A stretch of DNA of 64,000 nucleotides from Planctomycetia bacterium (GTDB lineage Bacteria > Planctomycetota > Planctomycetia > Pirellulales > UBA7805): the NCBI GenBank assembly GCA_021413585.1, contig JAIOQB010000278.1, forward strand, positions 783 through 64,782, given 5' to 3'. The notes beneath the pieces were generated by a model. That model did not search any database and was not told the origin of the DNA. It saw only the letters and a program-made list of their open reading frames with translations. Below, one piece after another: positions 1 to 9,309 of this stretch. A program made the position numbers and the translations under genes. Each line of letters starts with the position of its first letter. Positions within the stretch are counted from its first letter, which is position 1.

Positions 1-26
1 GGTGCCGGGTGGCACCCGCGCGCGAT

Positions 27-605
27 TTACTTCTTTGCCGGAACCACACTCATCTCCGATTCTTCAAAGCGATACTTTCCGTTCTCCAGGTCGTCTGCAA
101 ATCGACTAAGAAAGTCTACCGGGCTTTTGGCGATGACCGCACTTGGTCCAGTCTCATGGTCGAAATGTATTACCTGTCCCAAGACGCCTTTCTTTGGTGG
201 ATCCATGTCGATGCAGTAGTGATCTCCACCCCCGTTGCTAAGAAACGGAATCCATTTCAAACTCCACCATTGATGATGCTTAATAGGACCCTTGGGCGAT
301 GAATGCACATCATTGCTTTCGTCACGTAATTCAGCCAGCATTTCCCACGTCCTAAATATCTCTGACAAAGGCATCATGTAGTAGTTCAAATAGATCGAGC
401 AATCTTGATCTCCATCAAACAGGCGATACGTCGCCCGCAAGTCATCAGGAAAGATCAAAGACATTTTCTTTTCGGTGGAAGCGAGTTCCTTTGCAGGAAC
501 AGGCTTTTGTCGTCGGTGAAACTCCGGACTGGATGACTTGTCCGCATGTGTTTTGTACCACTTAAATATCCGCTTCCAGACCGCTGAAATTGAATCTGCG
601 CTCAT
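27..605 (-). CDS. SMI1/KNR4 (SUKH-1) family protein
   Basis: ORF 27..674. The body (HHQWWSLKWIPFLSNGGGDHYCIDMDPP...GQVIHFDHETG) resembles the SMI1/KNR4 fold signature. Start moved to ATG 603-605 (MSADSISAVWKRIFKWY), which has AAGGAAG about 7 nt upstream. Confidence 0.7.
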   Translation of the reverse strand: MSADSISAVWKRIFKWYKTHADKSSSPEFHRRQKPVPAKELASTEKKMSLIFPDDLRATYRLFDGDQDCSIYLNYYMMPLSEIFRTWEMLAELRDESNDVHSSPKGPIKHHQWWSLKWIPFLSNGGGDHYCIDMDPPKKGVLGQVIHFDHETGPSAVIAKSPVDFLSRFADDLENGKYRFEESEMSVVPAKK

Positions 606-749
606 CCGTGCTTCCTTCAATTCGGAACTATTCACGATTGTCAAAATGCTTCTTTGGCTGAGCGTCGTCTGCAATCCATCAGAATTGTCGGCGGAGAAAA
701 GGAGACGTAGCAGAGTGTACTTTTCACCAGCGAAAGTTGGAGGAGGCGG

Positions 750-1748
750 CTAACGAGATGGCATGAACGCCCGCACCGCATCATGCATCGTGTACAGCCG
801 AAATTGCCCCGGCGCCGTTTCCACCACGATGCCGCTCGAAACGTCTCCTGGCGCGATCGGATTGCCGGCATACTTCTTCCAATGAACTCGGTCGGTGGAC
901 ATGGCAATATTTGTGGTCCATTGCCGCGGCGCCGTCTTTTGGCCGGTGCCGTGGTAGTAGGCATAGTAACGCCCGGCGTAGCGGATCACCTGGTTCACCG
1001 CGATCGCCTCGCGATCGTACGCGTCGGGGCCGGGTGTAAGCACCGGCTCATCTTGCACGTGGGTCCACGTTTTTAAATCGGCCGTCCTGGCAAGCCACAC
1101 CGCTCGATCGCCCCGCTCGTAGAGCAGGTACCAGGTTCCGCCCTCGCACCATGCGGTCGGCGTGCCGTAAGGTCCCGGTGGGATCGGCTGGCCGTTGGTG
1201 CGGCGAATGTCGAGCACGCCTTGCCGCGTCCATTGCAGTCCGTCGGGTGACGTGAGCCAATGGGCCTGATCGTCTTTCCCCTCGGCGAACATGTAATAGG
1301 TATCCCCTTGGTGGACGACCATCATGTCCTCGACCCAGTGCTGGCGGTAGATTGGGTTGTTCGCGTCGGGCTGCCACTTCAGCCCGTCGGCGGAGGTGGC
1401 GGCGCCGAGTTGCTTGATGCTTTCGCGCTTTCCGTCATAGCCTGTGTACCACATGCGCCACTGGTCGCGTTCGCGCAGGATCCACCCCCGTTCGCGGATT
1501 TTCACATCCCAGTGCCCTGGCCCTTCGGCGGTGAAAATCGGATTGTGCTCGTAGGGGGAGAACTTTACCAACTCGGCCGGAAACTCGGGCGCCACCGCTG
1601 CGGGTGCCATGGGCAGCTTGCTGCCCTTGGGCTCGGCGGCTACGGCGGCAACACCAAGCAGGCTCAGCCAGCACGCGATCCACCACGCTTTGCGGCAGAC
1701 CGTTAACAGTCTATCCAACAACGACTTCGGCGCTTTGGGCAAGATCAT
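750..1748 (-). CDS. secreted five-bladed beta-propeller glycosidase-like protein (GH43/GH32/GH130-type fold)
   Basis: 332-aa ORF with a hydrophobic N-terminal signal-like segment (WWIACWLSLLGVAAVAAEP). Repeated W/Y-rich blade motifs are present (WRMWYTGYDG, YYMFAEGKDD, WYLLYERGD, YYAYYHGTG). The family assignment is approximate. Confidence 0.5.
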   Translation of the reverse strand: MILPKAPKSLLDRLLTVCRKAWWIACWLSLLGVAAVAAEPKGSKLPMAPAAVAPEFPAELVKFSPYEHNPIFTAEGPGHWDVKIRERGWILRERDQWRMWYTGYDGKRESIKQLGAATSADGLKWQPDANNPIYRQHWVEDMMVVHQGDTYYMFAEGKDDQAHWLTSPDGLQWTRQGVLDIRRTNGQPIPPGPYGTPTAWCEGGTWYLLYERGDRAVWLARTADLKTWTHVQDEPVLTPGPDAYDREAIAVNQVIRYAGRYYAYYHGTGQKTAPRQWTTNIAMSTDRVHWKKYAGNPIAPGDVSSGIVVETAPGQFRLYTMHDAVRAFMPSR

Positions 1749-1986
1749 GGCGCGATCCGCTGGGGCCTGAGCGGGGTTAAATCATTACGCATCGGTGCGC
1801 GTTGATTGCATGACGGCTACGTCGCACCGAACAATCTTACCAGAGATTTCCAGCCTGACAGTAACTTTAGCGACCAACGCCGCACTAATCAGCCAGTCTT
1901 GATGCGTTCTGATTAACCTCTGCATTAACGGCTGCCAGCAGTCACAATGGCTGACCGGCGGCAGGTACTTAGCCAGGGAATGACCG

Positions 1987-2619
1987 ATGCTCGATCTGAA
2001 GCCCGACTCGGAAGAGACCTCTCGACTGCTCGAACGCATCGAGAAGGGGCAGCTCGATGCGTTCGACAGTTTGCTGGCGCGGCACCGCGATTGGCTGCGA
2101 CGGCTGGTGGAGATGCGCCGCGATGGGCGATTGCAAGCCCGCGTGGATGCCTCCGACGTCGTGCAAGAGACGCAGATGGAAACCTATCGGCGGTTGGACG
2201 ACTTTCTCGTCCGCCGACCGATGCCGTTTCGACTCTGGCTGCGGAAGACATTGCAGGAACGATTGAAGATGATGCAGCGGCGCCACATTGAGGCGTCGCG
2301 ACGAGCGGTAGGACGGGAAGTAGGGCAGCCGGACAATTCAACGTCGCCAATGTGGCAGCAGTTGGCCGGTATCGACCCCTCTCCCAGCCAGAACTTCGCC
2401 CGCGACGAACTGGCCCGCCGCGTGCGCGACTCCGTGGCGAAGCTCGAAGAGACCGACCGCGAGATTTTGTTGATGCGTACGTTTGAAGGCCTCTCCTACG
2501 CGGAGATAGCCTTCGTGCTGGAAGTGGAACCGGCGGCTGCCCGCAAGCGACATGGCCGCGCGCTGCTCCGCTTGCACAACCTACTGACGGAAAGTGGATT
2601 GACGGAATCGCAGTTGTAA
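1987..2619 (+). CDS. ECF-type RNA polymerase sigma factor (sigma-70 family, regions 2 and 4)
   Basis: 210 aa. Region 2 reads DASDVVQETQMETYRRLDDF. Region 4 HTH reads REILLMRTFEGLSYAEIAFVLEVEPAAARKRHGRALLRL. The next gene downstream is a Ser/Thr kinase and no anti-sigma gene is evident. Confidence 0.9.
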   Translation: MLDLKPDSEETSRLLERIEKGQLDAFDSLLARHRDWLRRLVEMRRDGRLQARVDASDVVQETQMETYRRLDDFLVRRPMPFRLWLRKTLQERLKMMQRRHIEASRRAVGREVGQPDNSTSPMWQQLAGIDPSPSQNFARDELARRVRDSVAKLEETDREILLMRTFEGLSYAEIAFVLEVEPAAARKRHGRALLRLHNLLTESGLTESQL

Positions 2620-2688
2620 GAGTTTTCGCCCGCCTCTCCGCTTCCCGCCGCTTGCTCGTTCGGTTCACGAATTAACGACCTACCCGCC

Positions 2689-5325
2689 ATGAACGATTCC
2701 CAACCCCTCGATGACGAACTGGTCGAAGCGTTGGTCGCCGAAGCGACCGACGACTACATGGACCGCGCGCAGCAAGGGCAGGAACCGAGCATCGAAGAGT
2801 ACGTAAAGCGCTACCCTAAGATCGCCGGCATCCTGCGCGGCCTACTCCCCGCCGTGCGCGTGATGCACCGCAACGATGCCCAATCGTCTGGGCCGTTGGG
2901 AACGCTGGGCGAATTCCGGCTGCTGCGTGAAATCGGCCGCGGCGGCATGGGTGTGGTCTACGAAGCGGAGCAGATGTCGCTTCGCCGCCGCGTGGCACTG
3001 AAGGTGCTGCCGCTGGCCGCCGCGCTCGACCCGCGCCAGTTGGAGCGGTTTCGGCTGGAAGCCCAGGCGGCGGCCCACCTGCACCACTCAAACATTGTTC
3101 CCGTCTATTCCGTCGGCTGCGAGCGCGGTGTGTACTACTTCGCGATGCAGTACATCGAAGGGCGCAGCCTGGCGGAAGTGATCGCTGAACTGGCCGCCGG
3201 CAAAGCAGGGCAGGGGGGAGGCCGAAGCGGCGTCCGCGTCGATGCAAACTCCGTCACATCGACGCAGGTGCCAGCAGCGCAGCCAGTCCCTACTTCGACT
3301 AGTTCCATCACGGAGTTCGTCCGCAACGATCCAAGCACACCCTCGCAGAATCGTAAAGAAAATAAAGACAAAGACAACAAAGACACCGTCGAAATCCTCC
3401 GCGGCGCCGGCACCACCCAATGGTCGACCGACGAAACCACGCACTTCCGCCGCGTCGCCACGCTGGGGATTCAGGTGGCCGAGGCGCTCGATCATGCCCA
3501 CGCGATGGGCGTCGTCCACCGCGACATCAAGCCGGCCAACCTGCTAGTCGATTCGCGCGGCACCGTGTACGTGGCCGATTTCGGCCTGGCGCTGCTGCAA
3601 GGGGACTCCGGCCTGACGCTCACGGGTGGCCTGGCGGGCACGCTGCGGTACATGAGCCCCGAGCAGGTGCTTTCGCAGGTAGGCATCGTCGATCATCGCA
3701 CCGACGTTTACTCGCTCGGCGCCACGTTGTACGAACTGCTGGTGCTGGCTCCGGCGTTTGGCGCCACTGACCGCAATGCCTTGCTGCAACAAATTGTGCG
3801 CGACGAGCCAATCGCGCCGCGGCAGCGCAATCGCCATGTGCCGGTGGATCTCGAAACCATCGTGCTAAAAGCGATGGCGAAAGAGCCGACCGCGCGTTAT
3901 GCCTCGGCGGCGCAACTGGGGGAAGACCTGCGCCGGTACCTCGAGCATCGGCCGATTCTGGCGCGGCGCCCCACGCTCATTGAGACCGCGCTGAAGTGGT
4001 CGCGCCGTCATCGGACGTTTGTCGCCGCGGCGCTGGTGGTGCTGCTGCTCACGTCGGTCGGCTTCGCTGTCAGCACGGCGCTGGTGGCTCGTGCCCAATG
4101 GAACACGCGGCAGGCCTTCAATCGACTGGCCGAAGAGCAGTCGCGCACCAAGCTCGCCTTCCAGGCTGAAGCCCAGCAGCGGGCCAAAGCCGAGCAAAGC
4201 TTCCGCCAGGCCCGCCGGGCGGTCGACTTCCTCACCGAGGTGAGCGAAGAAGAACTGGCCGACAAACCCGAACTGCAAGGGCTGCGCCGCACGCTGTTGG
4301 CCGCTGCCCGTGACTATTACCAGGACTTCATCGATCACAGTCGGGACGACCCGACGCTGCAAGCACAGCTCGTAGCCAGCTATGTGCGGTTCGGTGCAAT
4401 TCTCGACGAAATCGGCTCGCCGGCCGACGCGCTGGCGGCCCTGAACCGTGCCCGCGACTTGCAGGAAAAGCTGGTCCGCAAAGATCCGATGATGCCCGAG
4501 TTGCAGGCAGGTTTCTTTTCAATTTATAGCCGGCTGGCGCTGCTCCGCGGGGGGCGGCAGCTTAGCTTGCTGGTGCAGAAGCCGGTGCAGGACGATCTGC
4601 AACTCACGCCGCAACAGCGCTCGGAGATTGAGCGGCTGGACACCGACCGCCGCACGGCGCTGGCCAGTTCCGGCCATCTGACCGTCGAGCAGTGGCGCAA
4701 ACGGTTTGAAGAACTTGCGGCTCAAGACAAATCGCTCTCCGAATTGCTCAATTCGAGTCAAACGGAGCGGCTGCGGCAGATCGCGTTGCAATTGCGCGGC
4801 CACGATGCCTTTACGGATCCCGAAGTGGCCGCCGCACTGAAGCTCAGCCCGGAGCAGATCCAGAAAATCCGCGCCTTGCGCGACGAGGCCCGCCGGTCGT
4901 TGTTTGCCACCGGACGCCCCGGCGATCAGCGGGCGGAGGATTGGAAGCAGGCCCGCGAAGGATGGCGCAAGATTTCCGACAAGATCGTCGGCACGCTTTC
5001 CGACGAGCAGCGAACTCAGTGGCAGGCCATGACCGGCGAGCCGTTCAAAGGGAAACTTCGCACCATGCACCGCGGCCCTGGGCGACCGTGGCACGGCGCC
5101 GGAACGGACCGGCCCGATGCTTCCAATGCCAGTCTAGGTTCCGTGGGGCCGCTCCCTGCCGCCGCTACTCCAGACGATCGGAGCCCGCAGGAAACCCCGC
5201 CGCAAGACGAGACCCTGCGGAGCGGGCCGGCGCCCACGCACAATCAGGGAATTGAACAACGACCAGATAAACAAGAGAAACCCGCAAAGCCAGAAAAAAG
5301 TGGCCGGGTAGAGTCCGCTCGATGA
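2689..5325 (+). CDS. membrane Ser/Thr protein kinase with extracytoplasmic helical/LTXXQ-like C-terminal region
   Basis: Hanks kinase motifs GRGGMGVVYEAE, VALK, HRDIKPANLLV, DFGLA and SPEQ. One TM segment (FVAAALVVLLLTSVGFAVSTALV) near residue 445. The C-terminal ~165 aa are paralogous to the product of the next gene. Confidence 0.9.
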   Translation: MNDSQPLDDELVEALVAEATDDYMDRAQQGQEPSIEEYVKRYPKIAGILRGLLPAVRVMHRNDAQSSGPLGTLGEFRLLREIGRGGMGVVYEAEQMSLRRRVALKVLPLAAALDPRQLERFRLEAQAAAHLHHSNIVPVYSVGCERGVYYFAMQYIEGRSLAEVIAELAAGKAGQGGGRSGVRVDANSVTSTQVPAAQPVPTSTSSITEFVRNDPSTPSQNRKENKDKDNKDTVEILRGAGTTQWSTDETTHFRRVATLGIQVAEALDHAHAMGVVHRDIKPANLLVDSRGTVYVADFGLALLQGDSGLTLTGGLAGTLRYMSPEQVLSQVGIVDHRTDVYSLGATLYELLVLAPAFGATDRNALLQQIVRDEPIAPRQRNRHVPVDLETIVLKAMAKEPTARYASAAQLGEDLRRYLEHRPILARRPTLIETALKWSRRHRTFVAAALVVLLLTSVGFAVSTALVARAQWNTRQAFNRLAEEQSRTKLAFQAEAQQRAKAEQSFRQARRAVDFLTEVSEEELADKPELQGLRRTLLAAARDYYQDFIDHSRDDPTLQAQLVASYVRFGAILDEIGSPADALAALNRARDLQEKLVRKDPMMPELQAGFFSIYSRLALLRGGRQLSLLVQKPVQDDLQLTPQQRSEIERLDTDRRTALASSGHLTVEQWRKRFEELAAQDKSLSELLNSSQTERLRQIALQLRGHDAFTDPEVAAALKLSPEQIQKIRALRDEARRSLFATGRPGDQRAEDWKQAREGWRKISDKIVGTLSDEQRTQWQAMTGEPFKGKLRTMHRGPGRPWHGAGTDRPDASNASLGSVGPLPAAATPDDRSPQETPPQDETLRSGPAPTHNQGIEQRPDKQEKPAKPEKSGRVESAR

Positions 5326-5518
5326 ACCGTTTTACAGGTAAGTGAGTGACGGCAAAGTTTCGATCTGCTGGATTACAAGCTGCGACGCGGTCCGGTACAT
5401 TCATGGACGCCCTGACGCGTTGCAAGTTGATTGGTGGGCGAGCGGCCGCGGTCCGGTGGGTGCCGGATCTGTCGAGTCGCCGCAAATGGGGCGTCATTTT
5501 CAGTTAGAAAGGAAGACG

Positions 5519-6220
5519 ATGAAGAGGTGCAGTGTAGTGTTGGCGGCCGCCGTGGCAGTCGTGTTGTCGGCCATCTCGGGGGCTCAGGCCCAGCGGCCAG
5601 GTGGTGGCGGCGGTGGTGGACGCGGCCCCGGTATGAGTCCAGTGGGCTTGCTGTCGCAGAAGTCGGTTCAGGAAGAACTAAAGCTCACGGCGGATCAAGT
5701 GAGCGAGGTTACCAAGCTGGCCGAGAAGCAGCGCGCTGCTCGTGGCGCGGGAGGCCAAGACCTCAGCCGCGAAGAGCGGATGAAGCAGTATCAGGAACGA
5801 GCCAAGGCCACCGAGACCGCCGTGGCGGGCATCCTCAAGCCAGAGCAAGTCAGCCGGTTGAAGCAGATCACGCTGCAAGTGCGCGGCGCGATGTCCTTCA
5901 GTTCGCCGGAAGTGGCTGAAGCCCTGAAGCTCACCGACGAGCAGAAGGGGAAGGTCAAGACAATTCAAGACGACTTGATGAAGGAAGTGCGCGAGGCGTT
6001 CACCGGGGAAGATCGCGCGGCAAGCCGCACCAAGGTCGAAGCGGCCCGCAAAGCGGCCACGGAAAAGCTCACCGCCCTGCTGACGGCCGAGCAGTCTGAC
6101 GCGTGGAAGAAGATGACGGGCGAGCCGTTTAAGGGCGAGATCCGTCAACCCGAGCGGGGACGGGGCGGACGAGCGCCGCGTGGTGGAGCGAGTGGCGGCC
6201 CGCCGCCGGATCAGGCTTAA
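5519..6220 (+). CDS. secreted LTXXQ-like repeat protein, paralog of the kinase C-terminal module
   Basis: ORF 5342..6220 trimmed to ATG 5519, which has GGAAG upstream. Signal peptide MKRCSVVLAAAVAVVLSAISGAQA. Contains LKLTADQ, LKPEQ, LKLTDEQ and LLTAEQ motifs, and ends MTGEPFKGEIR versus MTGEPFKGKLR in the kinase. Confidence 0.7.
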   Translation: MKRCSVVLAAAVAVVLSAISGAQAQRPGGGGGGGRGPGMSPVGLLSQKSVQEELKLTADQVSEVTKLAEKQRAARGAGGQDLSREERMKQYQERAKATETAVAGILKPEQVSRLKQITLQVRGAMSFSSPEVAEALKLTDEQKGKVKTIQDDLMKEVREAFTGEDRAASRTKVEAARKAATEKLTALLTAEQSDAWKKMTGEPFKGEIRQPERGRGGRAPRGGASGGPPPDQA

Positions 6221-6313
6221 GCATTGTGAATCGGGCGCGACAATTGGATTGTCGCGGCCGCGTGAGTTTTCAGGCGGATTCCAGTTTGCATTTAGTATCA
6301 GGAGGATTGAGAG

Positions 6314-7741
6314 ATGAGAATGTATTCACTCGGAGCCAGTCTCGGCGCGCTGTTGCTGCTGGCAACGGCTCTGCCGGCGATGGGCGCCGATCCATCGAAC
6401 GACGATGGCCCCGGCGATCGGTCCGCGGAAGCGGCTCGCCCGCGGCGCGAGTTTGGTTTTCCCGATTGGGATAGTCGCGGTCGAGATCGCGCTCGACCTG
6501 ACGCGGATCGTCCCGGTCCCGACAAGAAGCCCCATGACATGAAGCGGCCTGGTGGGCCAGAAGGTGGTCCGCCGCGCGAGCATGCGGGTGGTCCCCGTAG
6601 TCCTGGTTTTGGTGGTCCGGGCTTTGGTGGTCCGGGGCATGGCCCTGCTCCCGCTGGGCCGGGACGTTTTGCACGCGGCGGCGATGGTCCGAAGGATGGT
6701 GGTCCGCGTGAGCGTGGCGTAGCTGGTCGTGGTTTTGAGGGACGGGGTCCTGAGGGACGCGGTCCGGGCATGCGGCCGGGCTTCTTCGGTCCGGATGGGC
6801 CTCCGATGGCGCGTTGGGCTGCTATGGGTGGCGGCCGAGGCGGTGACGGAGGACAGAGTCGCTGGCACGCCGGCAATGGGCCGGGCGCTGCGTGGATGAT
6901 GGCGGCGGCCTATGGTCGTCACGGTGGGCAGGGCCAGGCTGGCCATGGATCAAAGTGCAACGGCCAATGCGCGTTCGCCAGCTTCCACGGTCAACGTGGT
7001 GGGCACGGTGCCCAATTCGGTGGAGCAGGTTTCCATGGTGGCCCCGGCTTCCACGGAGGACCGCACGCCCAGTTTGCTTCGTGGCATGCCGGCTTCCGGG
7101 GCCCGGGAGCGTTTGCTGGTCGCATGTATGGCGCTCATCAGGGCCACAAGCATGGTCACGGCAAGTATGCCCATGGCAAGCATGGTCATCAAAAGCATGG
7201 CCATAATAAGCATGGTCATCACGGTCACCACAAGCACGGCCATCACGGTCACGGCCACCATGGTCATAAGGGACACGGACGCGGACACGCCTCCTATCAT
7301 CGCGGCGGCCAGATGCATCAAATGGCTTGGTGGTGGGGTCACCGTGGATTTGGTCCCGGACAGTTTGCCATGCAGCGTGGCGGAATGCGTGGATTCGGCA
7401 TGGCCGGATCGATGCATCGGCCGGGTTGGGGAAATCAAGGTTGGGGACGTGGACCTGGGTTTGCAGGCCCTGGATTTGGTCGCCCTGGATTTGGTGGACC
7501 CGGTGCTGGCGGACCGCAATTTGGCGGTCGCGGTTTTGGACCGGCGCAGTTTGCCGGCTTCCAAGGTCCGCGCAACTTTAATGCCCCCGCGGGACCTGGC
7601 GCTTGGCAAGGTCGCACGGGTGGTGGTCCTCGCACTGCCGCGGCCCCCAAGGGTCGCGACGCGCAGTTGGCCGAAATGAGCGCTCGCCTCGAGCGGCTCA
7701 CCCGCGAACTGCAACGGTTGCGCAGCGAATCGTCTCGCTAG
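6314..7741 (+). CDS. secreted Gly/Pro/Arg-rich protein with a dense His cluster and C-terminal coiled-coil
   Basis: AGGAGGA SD lies 9 nt upstream of ATG 6314. Signal peptide MRMYSLGASLGALLLLATALPAMGA. His tract HKHGHGKYAHGKHGHQKHGHNKHGHHGHHKHGHHGHGHHGHKGHGRGH at about nt 7140-7290. C-terminus AEMSARLERLTRELQRLRSE. Confidence 0.7.
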   Translation: MRMYSLGASLGALLLLATALPAMGADPSNDDGPGDRSAEAARPRREFGFPDWDSRGRDRARPDADRPGPDKKPHDMKRPGGPEGGPPREHAGGPRSPGFGGPGFGGPGHGPAPAGPGRFARGGDGPKDGGPRERGVAGRGFEGRGPEGRGPGMRPGFFGPDGPPMARWAAMGGGRGGDGGQSRWHAGNGPGAAWMMAAAYGRHGGQGQAGHGSKCNGQCAFASFHGQRGGHGAQFGGAGFHGGPGFHGGPHAQFASWHAGFRGPGAFAGRMYGAHQGHKHGHGKYAHGKHGHQKHGHNKHGHHGHHKHGHHGHGHHGHKGHGRGHASYHRGGQMHQMAWWWGHRGFGPGQFAMQRGGMRGFGMAGSMHRPGWGNQGWGRGPGFAGPGFGRPGFGGPGAGGPQFGGRGFGPAQFAGFQGPRNFNAPAGPGAWQGRTGGGPRTAAAPKGRDAQLAEMSARLERLTRELQRLRSESSR

Positions 7742-7865
7742 TCAACCGGATCTGTATGGACGCTGTACATGACATGCCCGGCCGGGGGAGCAATCCCGCG
7801 GCCGGGCATTGTCGTCGGGGGATTGCCGTCTGGGAATCGCCGACGAACGCTATCACGAAAACGCG

Positions 7866-7978
7866 AAAGGGCGAAAACGCGAAAAAAGCAAGTATTGAAT
7901 CCACCAACAGATGGTTCGCCGATTTCTCTTCGTTTCGCGATTTCGCTCTGTCGGATTTTCGCGATTCGTTTGCCAGTT
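7866..7978. repeat. inverted array of CGCGAAA motifs (two forward, two reverse copies)
   Basis: cgaaaacgcgaaa at 7866 and 7882. The reverse-oriented tttcgcgatttcg is at 7943 and ttttcgcgattcg at 7966. Lies in the intergenic region between the His-rich protein gene and the HEAT-repeat gene. Confidence 0.6.
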
Positions 7979-8030
7979 GGTTATAATCCTGTGGTACATG
8001 ATCGACATCGTTTGAATCGAAAGGCATTTT

Positions 8031-9068
8031 ATGTTCCGCGCGAAGCTGAGTGTTGGTTCGGTGAAGTGGATGGTCGTGGCATTAGCCGCCTGCTGGCTCG
8101 GTTCCTGGCAGACCGGCAGTTTGTTGCTGGCGGCCGATGGCGTTGCGACGCCCACCGCGCCAAGCAAGACCGTGCAGGCGTTGATGGAGGCGCTCAAGGA
8201 TGAAGATGCCCAGGTTCGCCGGACGGCGATCGTGGCGCTGGGTCGATCCGGCAGCGACGCCAGCGCGGTGGCCCCGGCGTTGATCGAGGCGCTAAAGGAC
8301 AAGGAGTCCTCCGTCCGCGGCGCGGCGGCGCTTGCCCTGTCGCGCGTGGCGCAACATTCGGCCCCGGCCATCAGTGGACTTACCGAGCTGCTCAAGGACA
8401 AAGATCGCGACGTGCGCGGCGCCGCGGCCCTGTCGCTGTCGCGCATCGGGTCCGAGGCAAAATCGTCGATGGGTGCGTTGGCTGAGTTGGCGGACGAAAA
8501 GGACAAGCATCTGAAAATCTACGCCGAGTGTGCCATGGCCGTGCTGGATGACGATCCCGCGCCGCACGTCAACACGCTGGCCCGCTATCTGACCGATCCC
8601 AAGCTGGAAGTGCGCGGCGACGCCGCCTTCGCGCTGGGCGAATTGGGCCCGATTGCCAAGGGAGCCGTGCCGGCGCTGGTCGCGGCGCTACTGGATCAAA
8701 ATGCCGATGTGCGGCTGGCTGCCGCCCAGGCTTTGGAGCAGATCGGCCCCTCCGCCAAGCAGGCGGTTGCGCCGCTGGCCGCGGCGCTCAAAGACGACGA
8801 CAGTCGCGTGCGCAACACGGCCGCCCTGGCGCTGGCCGAAATCGGCCCCGATGCCCGCGAGTCGATCGGCCCGCTGTGCGACGCGATCAAGGACAAAGAC
8901 GTGGATGTGCGCGGAGCGGCCGTCTACGCCCTGGGTGAAATCGGCTCGCCGTCCGACGAAGCAGTCGCGGCCCTGACCGTGGCGCTGAAAGATTCCGACT
9001 CCGAAGTCCGCGCCGCCGCTGCGGTCGCCCTGGGCAAGCTGCAAGAAGCCGAGCCGGCGCCGCAGTAG
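8031..9068 (+). CDS. HEAT-repeat (PBS-lyase-like) protein, secreted or membrane-anchored
   Basis: 345 aa. About ten repeats of the pattern D..VR..AA.ALG.IG..A..A.P.L...LKD. Hydrophobic N-terminus MVVALAACWLGSW. Confidence 0.85.
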   Translation: MFRAKLSVGSVKWMVVALAACWLGSWQTGSLLLAADGVATPTAPSKTVQALMEALKDEDAQVRRTAIVALGRSGSDASAVAPALIEALKDKESSVRGAAALALSRVAQHSAPAISGLTELLKDKDRDVRGAAALSLSRIGSEAKSSMGALAELADEKDKHLKIYAECAMAVLDDDPAPHVNTLARYLTDPKLEVRGDAAFALGELGPIAKGAVPALVAALLDQNADVRLAAAQALEQIGPSAKQAVAPLAAALKDDDSRVRNTAALALAEIGPDARESIGPLCDAIKDKDVDVRGAAVYALGEIGSPSDEAVAALTVALKDSDSEVRAAAAVALGKLQEAEPAPQ

Positions 9069-9309
9069 AGTTTGTTGGGTGCCATGGGCAGCTCGCTGTC
9101 CTCAATCAACGGCGTGTTGCCAAATCGCAACAATCCCCGCCGGCTCGCCCGGGCATTTGGCCGGCCGCTTCTGCCCTAAATGCCTATCAACGCGTGGTTT
9201 ACGGCAATTCACCCGGTCCGCATGTGGCCGCCGCCCGAGATCGGCCCGACGTTTGCCCTTAATTGGCATCCGTCGCCGCCCATTCCGTGACCACAACGAG
9301 ACGACCACG

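Noticed and set aside
5342-5518. A 59-codon upstream extension of the LTXXQ-like protein ORF.
   Set aside because: The extension (MSDGKVSICWITSCDAVRYIHG...) precedes a canonical signal peptide that starts at ATG 5519 with its own GGAAG SD. A signal peptide would not function internally.
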